From an uncultured Candidatus Saccharibacteria bacterium (GTDB lineage: Bacteria; Patescibacteriota; Saccharimonadia; Saccharimonadales; JAGQNJ01), in the NCBI GenBank assembly GCA_964493895.1, contig CAZBPY010000003.1:15176-79175 (forward strand): a stretch of DNA of 64,000 nt, in the 5' to 3' direction. Each line of letters opens with the position of its first letter. Position 1 is the first letter of the stretch. The notes under the pieces were generated by a model. It saw only the letters and a program-made list of their open reading frames with translations, made no database searches and had not been told where the DNA came from. Below, one piece after another: positions 1 through 8,329 of this stretch. Both the position numbers and the translations under genes were made by a program.

Positions 1-499
1 CGGCCAATTCATCATCGCCATCCTCCAGGGGTTGGTTGATGCCGCACTGCTGGCCATGGCCGGTTTGCCGGAATACTTCTTTTTCTTCTTTGTGCTGCTG
101 AGCGCCTTGTCAGTCATCCCCCTAGGCGGCGGCATTGTGGCCATTCCGATTGGAATAGTCATGATTCTAACCGGCCATATCTGGGAAGGAATTCTGGTCA
201 TCGCCGGTCACATTATTATAGTTACTAATATTGACAATGTCCTGCGACCACGTTTGGTACCCAAAGAAGCTAAATTAGATTCGGCTTTGACATTGCTGTC
301 GGTGTTTGCCGGGCTTAAATTGTTTGGTTTCTTAGGAATAGTGCTTGGCCCGGTAATTATGATCCTGATTGTCACCACCATCCAAGTCTATTTAGAAGTT
401 CACGGTTTTGATCCCAAGGATGGTAAGCCCCACCGCTCCAGAGGTATGGTGGCCCGTAGTATCCGGCGTCTTAAGAAGTTATTGGTTCGGCCCTCCTAA
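1..499 (+). CDS. AI-2E family transporter (UPF0118/PerM-like), C-terminal fragment; 5' end lies outside the window
   Basis: Hydrophobic C-terminal region with the NIDNVLRPRL...P motif typical of the AI-2E family. The frame is open to window position 1. Confidence 0.5.
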   Translation, partial: GQFIIAILQGLVDAALLAMAGLPEYFFFFFVLLSALSVIPLGGGIVAIPIGIVMILTGHIWEGILVIAGHIIIVTNIDNVLRPRLVPKEAKLDSALTLLSVFAGLKLFGFLGIVLGPVIMILIVTTIQVYLEVHGFDPKDGKPHRSRGMVARSIRRLKKLLVRPS

Positions 500-514
500 T
501 CGACTGATCGGTCT

Positions 515-523
515 TGTTATACT
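515..523 (+). promoter_or_regulatory. Extended -10 (TGTTATACT) 15 nt upstream of the ATPase ATG, flanked by the inverted repeat GTCTTGT/ACAAGAC
   Basis: TGnTATAnT-type match, no SD follows. The inverted repeat is at 511-517 and 528-534. Confidence 0.4.
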
Positions 524-538
524 AATGACAAGACACTT

Positions 539-3073
539 ATGGTTAAAAACAATCATCATTTGCACCACTGGCACGCCGAGCAGCCTAGTTTTGTGTTGAA
601 ATCTTTTGACACCAGTACCGAGGGTCTATCTTCAGCTAAGGCCAAGCAGCGGTTAAAACGCTTTGGTCTAAACGTTTTAACCACCGAAAAAACCTCCTGG
701 CTGAAACGTCTCGTCGAGCCTTTCACTAGCTTGTTTGTGATTATTATGGTGGTGGCCTTGGTAATTAGCCTGGTGATGCAGGAACCTACTGATGCCTTGG
801 TAATTAGTGCTGTTTTGATTGTCAACGCTTTGATTTACTACTTCCAGCAGTACTCGGTCGGCCGAGTGCTGGCGTCCTTAAAGAGTCAGGAAGCTGGTAC
901 GGTTAGCGTTATGCGCGACGGCAAAAGACTTGAGATTAAGGCCCGCGGAATTGTACCTGGTGATATTGTCTATCTGTTCGAGGGGTTGAAGGTACCGGCA
1001 GACGGTCGAGTTATTGAAGCCAGCAATCTAGACGTTGATGAGTCAATATTAACTGGCGAGTCTTTGCCGGTCAGTAAATCTATTGATAGTTTGCCAGAAA
1101 AAACTGAAATTGGAGATCAAAAGAACATGGTCTTTAAGGGCACGTTGGTTTATAAGGGCAGTGGCTTGTTTGTGGTAACGGCCACCGCCAATAATACCCA
1201 GTTGGGAACAATCAGCCGTCTAGCCAGTCAAAGCGATATTGGTCGAACCCCAATCGAACGCAAAATTGATGAAATCACCAAAAAAATAGTCTACGGCGTA
1301 GGGGTAATAGCGGTTATCGTTTTTGGCCTGGGCCTGCTGCGTGGCATCGGCTTGGCCGAGGCCATTCGCTTTACCCTCTCCCTAGTTGTCTCGGTAGTTC
1401 CCGAGGGCTTACCAGTTACTCTAACTGTAGTTCTGTTATTAAGCGCCAAACGGATGGCCCGCCACAAGGCTCTGGTCAAGCGTCTGGCCAGCATTGAAAC
1501 TATGGGGGCCATCACCTTGATTGCTACCGACAAAACCGGTACTCTGACTCAGAACAAACTTGATGTAGCGGCGGTTCATCCGGACAAAACCAGTGTAGCT
1601 CACGCCGCCGCGGCCAGCATTACCACTGAAAACGGTATAACCCTTGATCCGCTGGATAATTTGTTGGACAAAGCTTTCGGCAATTTCGTTAAGCCGGGGC
1701 GGCGGCTGGACGATTTTCCCTTTGATCAAAAATTGCGGATGAGCGGTGCCGTTTGGCAGACCAAGAGCGGCAAAATTACCTTTGTTAAGGGTGCTCCTGA
1801 AGTTATGATCAGCAGCCTGTCGGCAGCCGAAAGGCGTAAGATCATGCAGGTTCTAGACGACTATACCTCGCGCGGCTTTCGAACAATTGCCTTCGGTCAT
1901 CTATCTAGCGGTGTCAAGCAGCTTTCCGATGTTTCTAAACACAAGCTAAAGTTTGATGGACTGGTGGCTTTGGCTGATCCGCTGCGGCCTAATATTCCAT
2001 CGGCTATTGCCGAGGCTCGAGCAGCCGGCATCAAAGTAGTAATGTTAACCGGTGACCACAAAAATACCGCCGAAGAAATTGCTCGGCAAGCCGGACTGGT
2101 TACAAATTCAGACCAGGTAGCTGATAGTAGAATGCTGGAAAAGCCGCCCAATCGTCATCTTATGAAAACAGTTCTATCACGGATCCATGTCTTTGGCCGC
2201 GTCCTGCCGCAACACAAGTTTAACTTTCTTAAAAGCGTCAAGGACACTGAGGTTACGGCTATGACCGGAGACGGTGTTAATGATATCCCAGCCCTGGTAG
2301 AAGCCGACGCCGGTCTATCAATGGGTAGCGGTACCGACGCGGCCAAAGACGCCAGCGATATTGTTCTGTTAGACGACAATTTTGGCACCATCATTAACGC
2401 TGTCAAGCAAGGCCGAGCCGTGATTGCTAACATCCAAAAGATGCTATTCTATCTTATCTCAACTAGTCTCGGTGAAGCTGGAACCATGATTGGCGCCCTG
2501 CTGACCGGCTTGCCGCTGCCGGTAACTGCCGTACAAATTCTGTGGATCAACCTAGTGACCGATACTTTTACAGTGTTGCCGATTGGCATCTCCAAGCCCG
2601 AGCGCTACCAGATGAAGCAGCCGCCGCGAAGTCCTCACAGACCGTTGTTATCACGGCCAATGTTGTCACGCACCATCTGGACTGGCCTGCTGACCGCGGC
2701 GGCCACGCTTTTCGTATTCCATCGTTTGCTACCCAAAGGCTATGACTATGCCCAGACGGCGGCCTTCACAGCCATTGTGGTGGCCCAATGGGCCAATGCC
2801 CTGAACGCTGCTTTCGACCGCTATAGTTGGCTATATTTCTTCCTGCGACCAAACTTCCTGCTGTTAGGCGGAATTGTAATTTCAATCGGCCTGCAGGCTT
2901 TGGTCGTCTATGGTCCGCTGCAATCAGCCTTCGGCATCGTGCCGCTGTCGTCATCAGATCTCATGCTGACGGTGTTTGTACCGGCCGCCACGGTTCTGCT
3001 TGGCGTCGACCTGCACAAGCTAATTTTCCGCCGCTCGGATTTACCCCCTGAAAGGGCCGCCCAAACACCTTAG
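539..3073 (+). CDS. Cation-transporting P-type ATPase (P2-type, Ca2+/Mg2+-like)
   Basis: TGES actuator motif, DKTGTLT phosphorylation site and TGDGVNDIPAL hinge motif; ten-helix membrane architecture. Confidence 0.9.
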   Translation: MVKNNHHLHHWHAEQPSFVLKSFDTSTEGLSSAKAKQRLKRFGLNVLTTEKTSWLKRLVEPFTSLFVIIMVVALVISLVMQEPTDALVISAVLIVNALIYYFQQYSVGRVLASLKSQEAGTVSVMRDGKRLEIKARGIVPGDIVYLFEGLKVPADGRVIEASNLDVDESILTGESLPVSKSIDSLPEKTEIGDQKNMVFKGTLVYKGSGLFVVTATANNTQLGTISRLASQSDIGRTPIERKIDEITKKIVYGVGVIAVIVFGLGLLRGIGLAEAIRFTLSLVVSVVPEGLPVTLTVVLLLSAKRMARHKALVKRLASIETMGAITLIATDKTGTLTQNKLDVAAVHPDKTSVAHAAAASITTENGITLDPLDNLLDKAFGNFVKPGRRLDDFPFDQKLRMSGAVWQTKSGKITFVKGAPEVMISSLSAAERRKIMQVLDDYTSRGFRTIAFGHLSSGVKQLSDVSKHKLKFDGLVALADPLRPNIPSAIAEARAAGIKVVMLTGDHKNTAEEIARQAGLVTNSDQVADSRMLEKPPNRHLMKTVLSRIHVFGRVLPQHKFNFLKSVKDTEVTAMTGDGVNDIPALVEADAGLSMGSGTDAAKDASDIVLLDDNFGTIINAVKQGRAVIANIQKMLFYLISTSLGEAGTMIGALLTGLPLPVTAVQILWINLVTDTFTVLPIGISKPERYQMKQPPRSPHRPLLSRPMLSRTIWTGLLTAAATLFVFHRLLPKGYDYAQTAAFTAIVVAQWANALNAAFDRYSWLYFFLRPNFLLLGGIVISIGLQALVVYGPLQSAFGIVPLSSSDLMLTVFVPAATVLLGVDLHKLIFRRSDLPPERAAQTP

Positions 3074-3109
3074 GTTTTGCGATATACCTTAAAAGATATA
3101 TTGCAAAAC
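3074..3109. repeat. AT-rich palindromic repeat element, copy 1 (core GATATACCTTAAAAGATATATT)
   Basis: 36-bp imperfect palindrome starting 1 nt after the ATPase stop and lying between convergent genes. One of four copies of a conserved 22-mer. Confidence 0.6.
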
Positions 3110-3149
3110 AACCATCATCCAGACCAGGCATTGGCAAACGGCCGGACAC

Positions 3150-3467
3150 TTACCGCCGCGGCCAAATAACCGCCGCGGTAATTGACCCTAGAGGAATCGG
3201 GCCAAAGTCTCGGCTGTCGGTACTCATTGGCCGGTTGTCGCCCGAAACAATAAAACCGTCACCGTCTGTGTCGACAATTCGTTTGATTTTCTCTAGCCCG
3301 TGGTGACTAAATACCACGATCTGACCGGGACGATAATGCCGCCGGGGCACAGCCAAAATCAGACGTCCCGGCCTTAAGGTCGGCTGCATGCTGTCGCCAA
3401 CCACTCGGCGGACTAAAAACCTAGGCCGCCTTTTTGGTTTCGTGGAAGATCTTGGCGATCTCATCAA
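3150..3467 (-). CDS. sodX: Small S26 family (signal peptidase I-like) peptidase, candidate NiSOD maturation protease SodX
   Basis: GDSMQPTL (box B) and GDNRxxSxDSR (box E) motifs. There is no N-terminal TM segment and the product is only about 105 aa. It lies immediately downstream of sodN. The annotated start overlaps sodN by 47 nt, so the true start is probably internal. Confidence 0.6.
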   Translation of the reverse strand: MMRSPRSSTKPKRRPRFLVRRVVGDSMQPTLRPGRLILAVPRRHYRPGQIVVFSHHGLEKIKRIVDTDGDGFIVSGDNRPMSTDSRDFGPIPLGSITAAVIWPRR

Positions 3468-3804
3468 TCATGTCCAGCAATTTCTGACCCTCAGCCGGAT
3501 CAACAGACTTCTTGCAGTCACCGGCTTGCTTGGTAGCTTGCCAAAACTTATCATGCAAATCTGGATACTTTTCTAAATGCGGCGGCTTGAAATAATCTGT
3601 CCATAGTACCCATAAGTGATGCTTTACCAGTTCAGCTCGCTGTTCTTTGATAAAAATAGCCCGGATTTTATCTTCCTGGTGAAGGTCGGAACTGTATTTT
3701 TTCATAATCTCATGAACCGATTCAGCTTCGATACGAGCCTGAGCCGGATCATATACTCCGCATGGTAAATCACAATGTGCATAAACTGGCTTGATCAAAC
3801 TCAT
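3421..3804 (-). CDS. sodN: Nickel-containing superoxide dismutase (NiSOD) precursor
   Basis: 9-aa propeptide MSLIKPVYA followed by the Ni-hook HCDLPCGVYDPAQARIEAESV. Similarity to Streptomyces SodN runs over the full length. A GGAGGG SD sits 5 nt upstream. Confidence 0.9.
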   Translation of the reverse strand: MSLIKPVYAHCDLPCGVYDPAQARIEAESVHEIMKKYSSDLHQEDKIRAIFIKEQRAELVKHHLWVLWTDYFKPPHLEKYPDLHDKFWQATKQAGDCKKSVDPAEGQKLLDMIDEIAKIFHETKKAA

Positions 3805-3833
3805 AATCCCTCCTTCGATGTGATTCTAGTATA

Positions 3834-4556
3834 TCACTGGAGATATTTTATAGCCAGATCACGAGCCAATAGTCCGGAAATCGGATTAGCAAACCCTGCC
3901 AGGTCAGCCGTCAATGGACGTTTGTCCTGACTCAAAGCTTGTTGCAGATGATTGGGACTGAGTCCTACCATTCGCAAGGCCTCACCAGCTGCAAATCGGT
4001 ACAAAAGAGTCGGCTTGCCGTCCGACTTAGCATAGATTGACGGCCAGACCAATCTATCAAATTTATCGTGTATCATCGAAGGGTCCGGACGGTCACGAAC
4101 TACTTTTCGAGCCCGGTGTTGAGCAGCCATAACACCATGCAATACGGTTGTCGTGGCTGCTAAATCAACAGCCGGTCCTATATCTGTACGACAGGCGTGT
4201 TGCAGAATTCTAGGGAACTTCTTAGATACTGACACGATTGTTGCTGTCATATCATATTTACTACGTCGGTGCCAGGTGGACATAGGCGGATGAATATCAA
4301 CTGCAGGAGAAGTGTCAAACGACAGCTTTGTATGAGCAACATCAATGGCATCGTCAGACATGGCGTATCGGTCCTTTAGGTGACGAACTGCCTCCCCAGA
4401 TAGAGCAGCCGAGTACACAACATCGAGGAAGCCCTCGACTTCCTCGATACCATTCCTAATTTGGGGGTTGTCGGGGAATTGAATTACTTCGCCGCATTTA
4501 TCTCCGGGTCCATTAGTCATAATTACTATTATATCACACTTGTCAATCTTTTTCAA
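3834..4556 (-). CDS. Hypothetical protein (240 aa), no confident family assignment
   Basis: Long ORF with coding-like composition between sodN and trmD. The N-terminal GPGDKCGEV is only weakly reminiscent of UDG family motifs. Confidence 0.5.
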   Translation of the reverse strand: MKKIDKCDIIVIMTNGPGDKCGEVIQFPDNPQIRNGIEEVEGFLDVVYSAALSGEAVRHLKDRYAMSDDAIDVAHTKLSFDTSPAVDIHPPMSTWHRRSKYDMTATIVSVSKKFPRILQHACRTDIGPAVDLAATTTVLHGVMAAQHRARKVVRDRPDPSMIHDKFDRLVWPSIYAKSDGKPTLLYRFAAGEALRMVGLSPNHLQQALSQDKRPLTADLAGFANPISGLLARDLAIKYLQ

Positions 4557-4567
4557 TACCTAGTTCT

Positions 4568-5212
4568 CTAGCGGCTTTGCTGGCGGCGCCACTTTTCAAT
4601 GTCAGCATGGTGGCCTGATCGAAGCACTGATGGAACAGTTATACCGCGAAATTCTTCTGGCCGAGTGTAGTGTTCGTGCTCGATGGCCTGATCATCGTCT
4701 TGAAAGGACTCTTTTTCAGCACTGGTTTCACCTCCCAGAACGCCGGGCAACAACCTAGTGACGCTATCAATTATAATCATCGCCGGTAACTCACCGCCAG
4801 TTAAGACGTAGTTGCCAATGCATATCTGTTCGTCAACAAAGCTGGTAATTCGCTCATCATAACCCTCATAACGCGGGCAGACAATTATCAGGTCGTGGCT
4901 GGCTGAGGCCAGGCGCTTCGCATCGGACTGTTTGTACAGCTTGCCGCGAGGTGTCGGTAGTAGCACCCTGGCATCTGGCGAGCTGGTCTTAGCGTGTTCA
5001 ATTGCCGCCACTATTGGTTCTGGCCGCAGAACCATGCCGTCACCGCCACCATAAGGAATATCATCGACTTGCTGGCGAGGTCCCAGGCCAAAATCTCGCA
5101 ATGGTATATGGACAAAGTCTACTGCGCCAATGTCCTGAGCTTTGCGAAGCATGCTGGTGCCCAAAACCCCCTCAAACATGTCCGGAAACAGTGAGATTAT
5201 AATTATCTTCAC
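4568..5212 (-). CDS. trmD: tRNA (guanine37-N1)-methyltransferase TrmD
   Basis: DDIPYGGGDGMVLRPEP SPOUT knot motif. GTG start preceded by TGTATAAT 6 nt upstream. Confidence 0.9.
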   Translation of the reverse strand: MKIIIISLFPDMFEGVLGTSMLRKAQDIGAVDFVHIPLRDFGLGPRQQVDDIPYGGGDGMVLRPEPIVAAIEHAKTSSPDARVLLPTPRGKLYKQSDAKRLASASHDLIIVCPRYEGYDERITSFVDEQICIGNYVLTGGELPAMIIIDSVTRLLPGVLGGETSAEKESFQDDDQAIEHEHYTRPEEFRGITVPSVLRSGHHADIEKWRRQQSR

Positions 5213-5294
5213 AACATTATTATACAGGGGTAGAATTAAGATGCCTAGTTAGCGAATATATCGCTGTGAGGCCGTCTGGGTTAATATTAATACA

Positions 5295-6860
5295 ATGCGT
5301 AGCTTAAAAATGGCGGTAGGTTTTTTTATTGCTGCAGTGATATTATTTGCTCCAGCATTGGGTTCGGTGTCTTCGGCTCAAGCTTCGTCTGATTATGAAG
5401 ACAGTGAGTGTTATTTGGGCAACGTTCCTGCTTTTGATGCACGCGACCAGATTCGACCAGGCAGCTATGCTATCTATGCTAAATTGGCTCGCCGTGGACA
5501 ATTAGCACCTGTGACTCTTTATATTGAGGACAATGGAGCTTCTGCTTGCCAGCTAGTCGGTTCAATTGAAGCAAATGGCGAGACCTGGCAGAGGGTAGGC
5601 ACTTGGGATTCAATCGATGATGCGCCGGTTCGGTTTCAACTGAGTTCGCCGGCTTTTACTTATGAACTTGACGCTAACCGCCCATCGATAATGTTACTTC
5701 CGCTGACTAGTCCGCCCTGCCAGCCGGTTGTTAATTGTGAACTTGAGTACGAGGGTCAGCCTGCATACCTTGTGCCGACTAGTACTTTACTAAGCGAAAA
5801 TCAATTGCGGGTACAACAAGTCAAAGATCTACAATCAGATCGTTTGGTGCAGGTTGGGTATTTTTCTGATGGTCAATTACTTTACACCACGCCTAAGTTA
5901 GAGCCGTTTGACCTGCGGTATGTCCGTGGCGGTGATCACGACCTATCCAGGGTGCTGCAATTTGAGTCCGGGCAGAGGGTGGTTTTACCTTCCACTGCCA
6001 GGATTAGCTTTGCCAGAGATTTTCAAAATCTGTTATTCCGCCTTTTTCACAGCAATCGCATCGGCTTGCAAATTCTAGCCACCTTAATCATCTTGTCTCT
6101 AGTGGCCATGATTACTCTGGCCGCTATTCGCACCCTACATCGGCGACGTATTTGGAAGCTTAGTCATGGTTTATTGAGGCCGTCGCCTTCTAAACTGCAG
6201 CCACAGCAACAGCTGCCGGCCAATTATGTTCCGCCGGCCCATAAATTCATAGCTGAGGATTCGGCCCTGATAAAGCGAGTTAAACAGTTCATGCCTTATG
6301 TTTTTGCGGCGATTTGCATCGTTGTGGCCATTGGCGTAATTGACACTTATGTGGGTCAGCTATTTAAGGTTGATGGGCCAAGCATGGAAAACACTCTTCA
6401 GACCGATGATTTGATCTATGTTAACCGACTACCAAAAACCTGGGCCACTATCAATGGCGGTGAATTCGTGCCTAAACGCGGGCAAGTTGTCGTCTTCCAA
6501 AAGGCCCATAGCGAACTGTTTATTCAGGAAAGTCAGGGCGAAGAAAATACATATGTTGTCAAGCGAGTTTTGGGACTGCCTGGTGAGCGAGTACTGATCA
6601 AAAACGGTAAAATCACTATTTTTAACCGCGATCATCCTGGCGGCTTCAACCCTGATGATAACAGTGACTGGCAGGCAACATATATCGTTGACCCGAACGA
6701 GAATATTGACTTAACCCTAAATCAAAGCGAGATCTTTGTCACTGGCGACAATCGTCCAGAATCACTAGACTCTCGAACCAACGGACCGATTAATATCAAT
6801 GAGCTGATTGGAGTGGCCGAAGCCCGCCTATTGCCGTTTAGCAAACGCCAAACGCTTTAG
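5295..6860 (+). CDS. lepB: Signal peptidase I (S26A) with a long N-terminal extracytoplasmic extension
   Basis: C-terminal domain carries GPSMENTL (catalytic Ser), KRVLGLPGERV and GDNRPESLDSR boxes. N-terminal hydrophobic segment, a domain of about 230 aa, two TM helices, then the catalytic domain. Confidence 0.75.
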   Translation: MRSLKMAVGFFIAAVILFAPALGSVSSAQASSDYEDSECYLGNVPAFDARDQIRPGSYAIYAKLARRGQLAPVTLYIEDNGASACQLVGSIEANGETWQRVGTWDSIDDAPVRFQLSSPAFTYELDANRPSIMLLPLTSPPCQPVVNCELEYEGQPAYLVPTSTLLSENQLRVQQVKDLQSDRLVQVGYFSDGQLLYTTPKLEPFDLRYVRGGDHDLSRVLQFESGQRVVLPSTARISFARDFQNLLFRLFHSNRIGLQILATLIILSLVAMITLAAIRTLHRRRIWKLSHGLLRPSPSKLQPQQQLPANYVPPAHKFIAEDSALIKRVKQFMPYVFAAICIVVAIGVIDTYVGQLFKVDGPSMENTLQTDDLIYVNRLPKTWATINGGEFVPKRGQVVVFQKAHSELFIQESQGEENTYVVKRVLGLPGERVLIKNGKITIFNRDHPGGFNPDDNSDWQATYIVDPNENIDLTLNQSEIFVTGDNRPESLDSRTNGPININELIGVAEARLLPFSKRQTL

Positions 6861-7690
6861 TAGGCCTGTATGGTCATTTCGCTGACTTCAACCGGAGCTT
6901 CAAAGGGGTATTCATTAGGATAATCTGATGCAAACGCCCAGAATTCCAGGGATATAAAACTCTTTGCACTATCCTCAAACTCAATATCGTTACAGACATC
7001 GGTGAAGTTTGTGCTATTTAATATATGTGTATTATAACTTGAGTCCTCCGATTTCCGGTTTTTATCTGGACTGGCAACAATCCGTACAGAAGATGCCTTG
7101 TTCGGTTCTGTGACTCGGGCACGCGCGCAGACTTTAAATCTCTTCCCCCAATTCGCTTCAACAAATTTAGGTACTTGAATATATTCTTTTGTAAATTCAG
7201 GCGTCATGATATTGCCAACAACTGGGTCTGAGTGCCATTTAGGACCAGTCTCCCATACGCTTTCAGGTCCGGCAGTAATTGTTACAACATCACTCAGGAC
7301 ATGGTCACGTGAGCTGAGATTTCCGTCATACACTCTGAGCTGGTTGGCAATTAATTTATTGCCAGCTCGCTTTTGGCCTGGCAACGGCTTCCCAGCATAA
7401 TTATAGAGCGCATTCGCGAGCTGGGCTCTTAATAATGGATCGCTTGGTTTAAACGTCCCGTTTTGAAAGCCATTCATCATACCTATGTCAGAGGAAGTCG
7501 CCCAGGTTATGGCATCTTTGGCCCAGGCTGGCGTGTCGGTGAATCTAGCCGTCGTAACCGATTCCGCCTTGGATGAATTGCCTCTCACCCGATTGAATAC
7601 GTAGAATCCGACTGCCACGATCAAAACTATTACTATTAGAATAATAAAGGCTTCTACGTGTGCGAAGCCGCGCTGTCCAATTTTTTTCAT
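6857..7690 (-). CDS. Type IV prepilin-like N-terminus protein with an SLH (S-layer homology) domain
   Basis: N-terminus MKKIGQRG|FAHVEAFIILIVIVLIV matches the G/F...E(+5) prepilin signature. Residues about 49-96 (FTDTPAWAKDAITWATSSDIGMMNGFQNGTFKPSDPLLRAQLANALYNY) match the SLH consensus. Confidence 0.6.
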   Translation of the reverse strand: MKKIGQRGFAHVEAFIILIVIVLIVAVGFYVFNRVRGNSSKAESVTTARFTDTPAWAKDAITWATSSDIGMMNGFQNGTFKPSDPLLRAQLANALYNYAGKPLPGQKRAGNKLIANQLRVYDGNLSSRDHVLSDVVTITAGPESVWETGPKWHSDPVVGNIMTPEFTKEYIQVPKFVEANWGKRFKVCARARVTEPNKASSVRIVASPDKNRKSEDSSYNTHILNSTNFTDVCNDIEFEDSAKSFISLEFWAFASDYPNEYPFEAPVEVSEMTIQAY

Positions 7691-7775
7691 TTTTTAACCT
7701 TTTGATTTTATGTATTCTGGTCAAACTATACCATAATACGGCCCGCTTACCTAGAGCTTGTCCACAGCTCTAAAA

Positions 7776-8264
7776 CTATATATCAAGGTCGTCGAGATCA
7801 GCCAGTTCGCGGCGGGTTCGGTCAAAGTTGGATTGGCTGTCATCGGCTTCATCTTGTTCGTCAGCAAAGACCTGTACATCCGAATGGTCGGCGACGCTTT
7901 CGCTGGCATTCTCCGCACTGTCGTCTGCATCAATCGGATGGTCATCTTGTTTAGGTTTTTCTTCAGCTGCTGGCTGGGGCTTATCAGATTTTTCAGGTTT
8001 AGGCGGCTTCTCCCCGCCAACATCAACAATTTTTAGATTATAACGAGCATCATTCTTTGTCCCCAGAGCCCGCAGTAAAGTTCTCAACGCCTGGGCCCCG
8101 GCACCGCGCTTGCCAATAACTCGTCCAAGATCTTCGGGATTAACGGTCAGTTCTAGTAATACACCTTTTTCATCTATAGTACGCTTGATAGACACATCAT
8201 CGGGGTTGCCGACAATAGTTTTTACTACATATTCAATAAATTGTTCGTCAATACTGGCGCTCAT
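7776..8264 (-). CDS. KH-domain RNA-binding protein (KhpA/YlqC-like) with an acidic C-terminal tail
   Basis: VIGKRGAGAQALRTL KH GXXG loop. Position after rpsP is conserved. SD caGGAGGa 6 nt upstream. Confidence 0.75.
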   Translation of the reverse strand: MSASIDEQFIEYVVKTIVGNPDDVSIKRTIDEKGVLLELTVNPEDLGRVIGKRGAGAQALRTLLRALGTKNDARYNLKIVDVGGEKPPKPEKSDKPQPAAEEKPKQDDHPIDADDSAENASESVADHSDVQVFADEQDEADDSQSNFDRTRRELADLDDLDI

Positions 8265-8302
8265 AATGTCCTCCTGTAAGCTCAGTCTTTGGTAATACTT
8301 CG

Positions 8303-8311
8303 ATTATAGCA
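8303..8311 (-). promoter_or_regulatory. Extended -10 (TGCTATAAT) upstream of the KH-domain gene
   Basis: Perfect TGnTATAAT about 40 nt upstream of the SD and ATG. Confidence 0.4.
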
Positions 8312-8329
8312 CGAGCAAAATGCCGGTAC

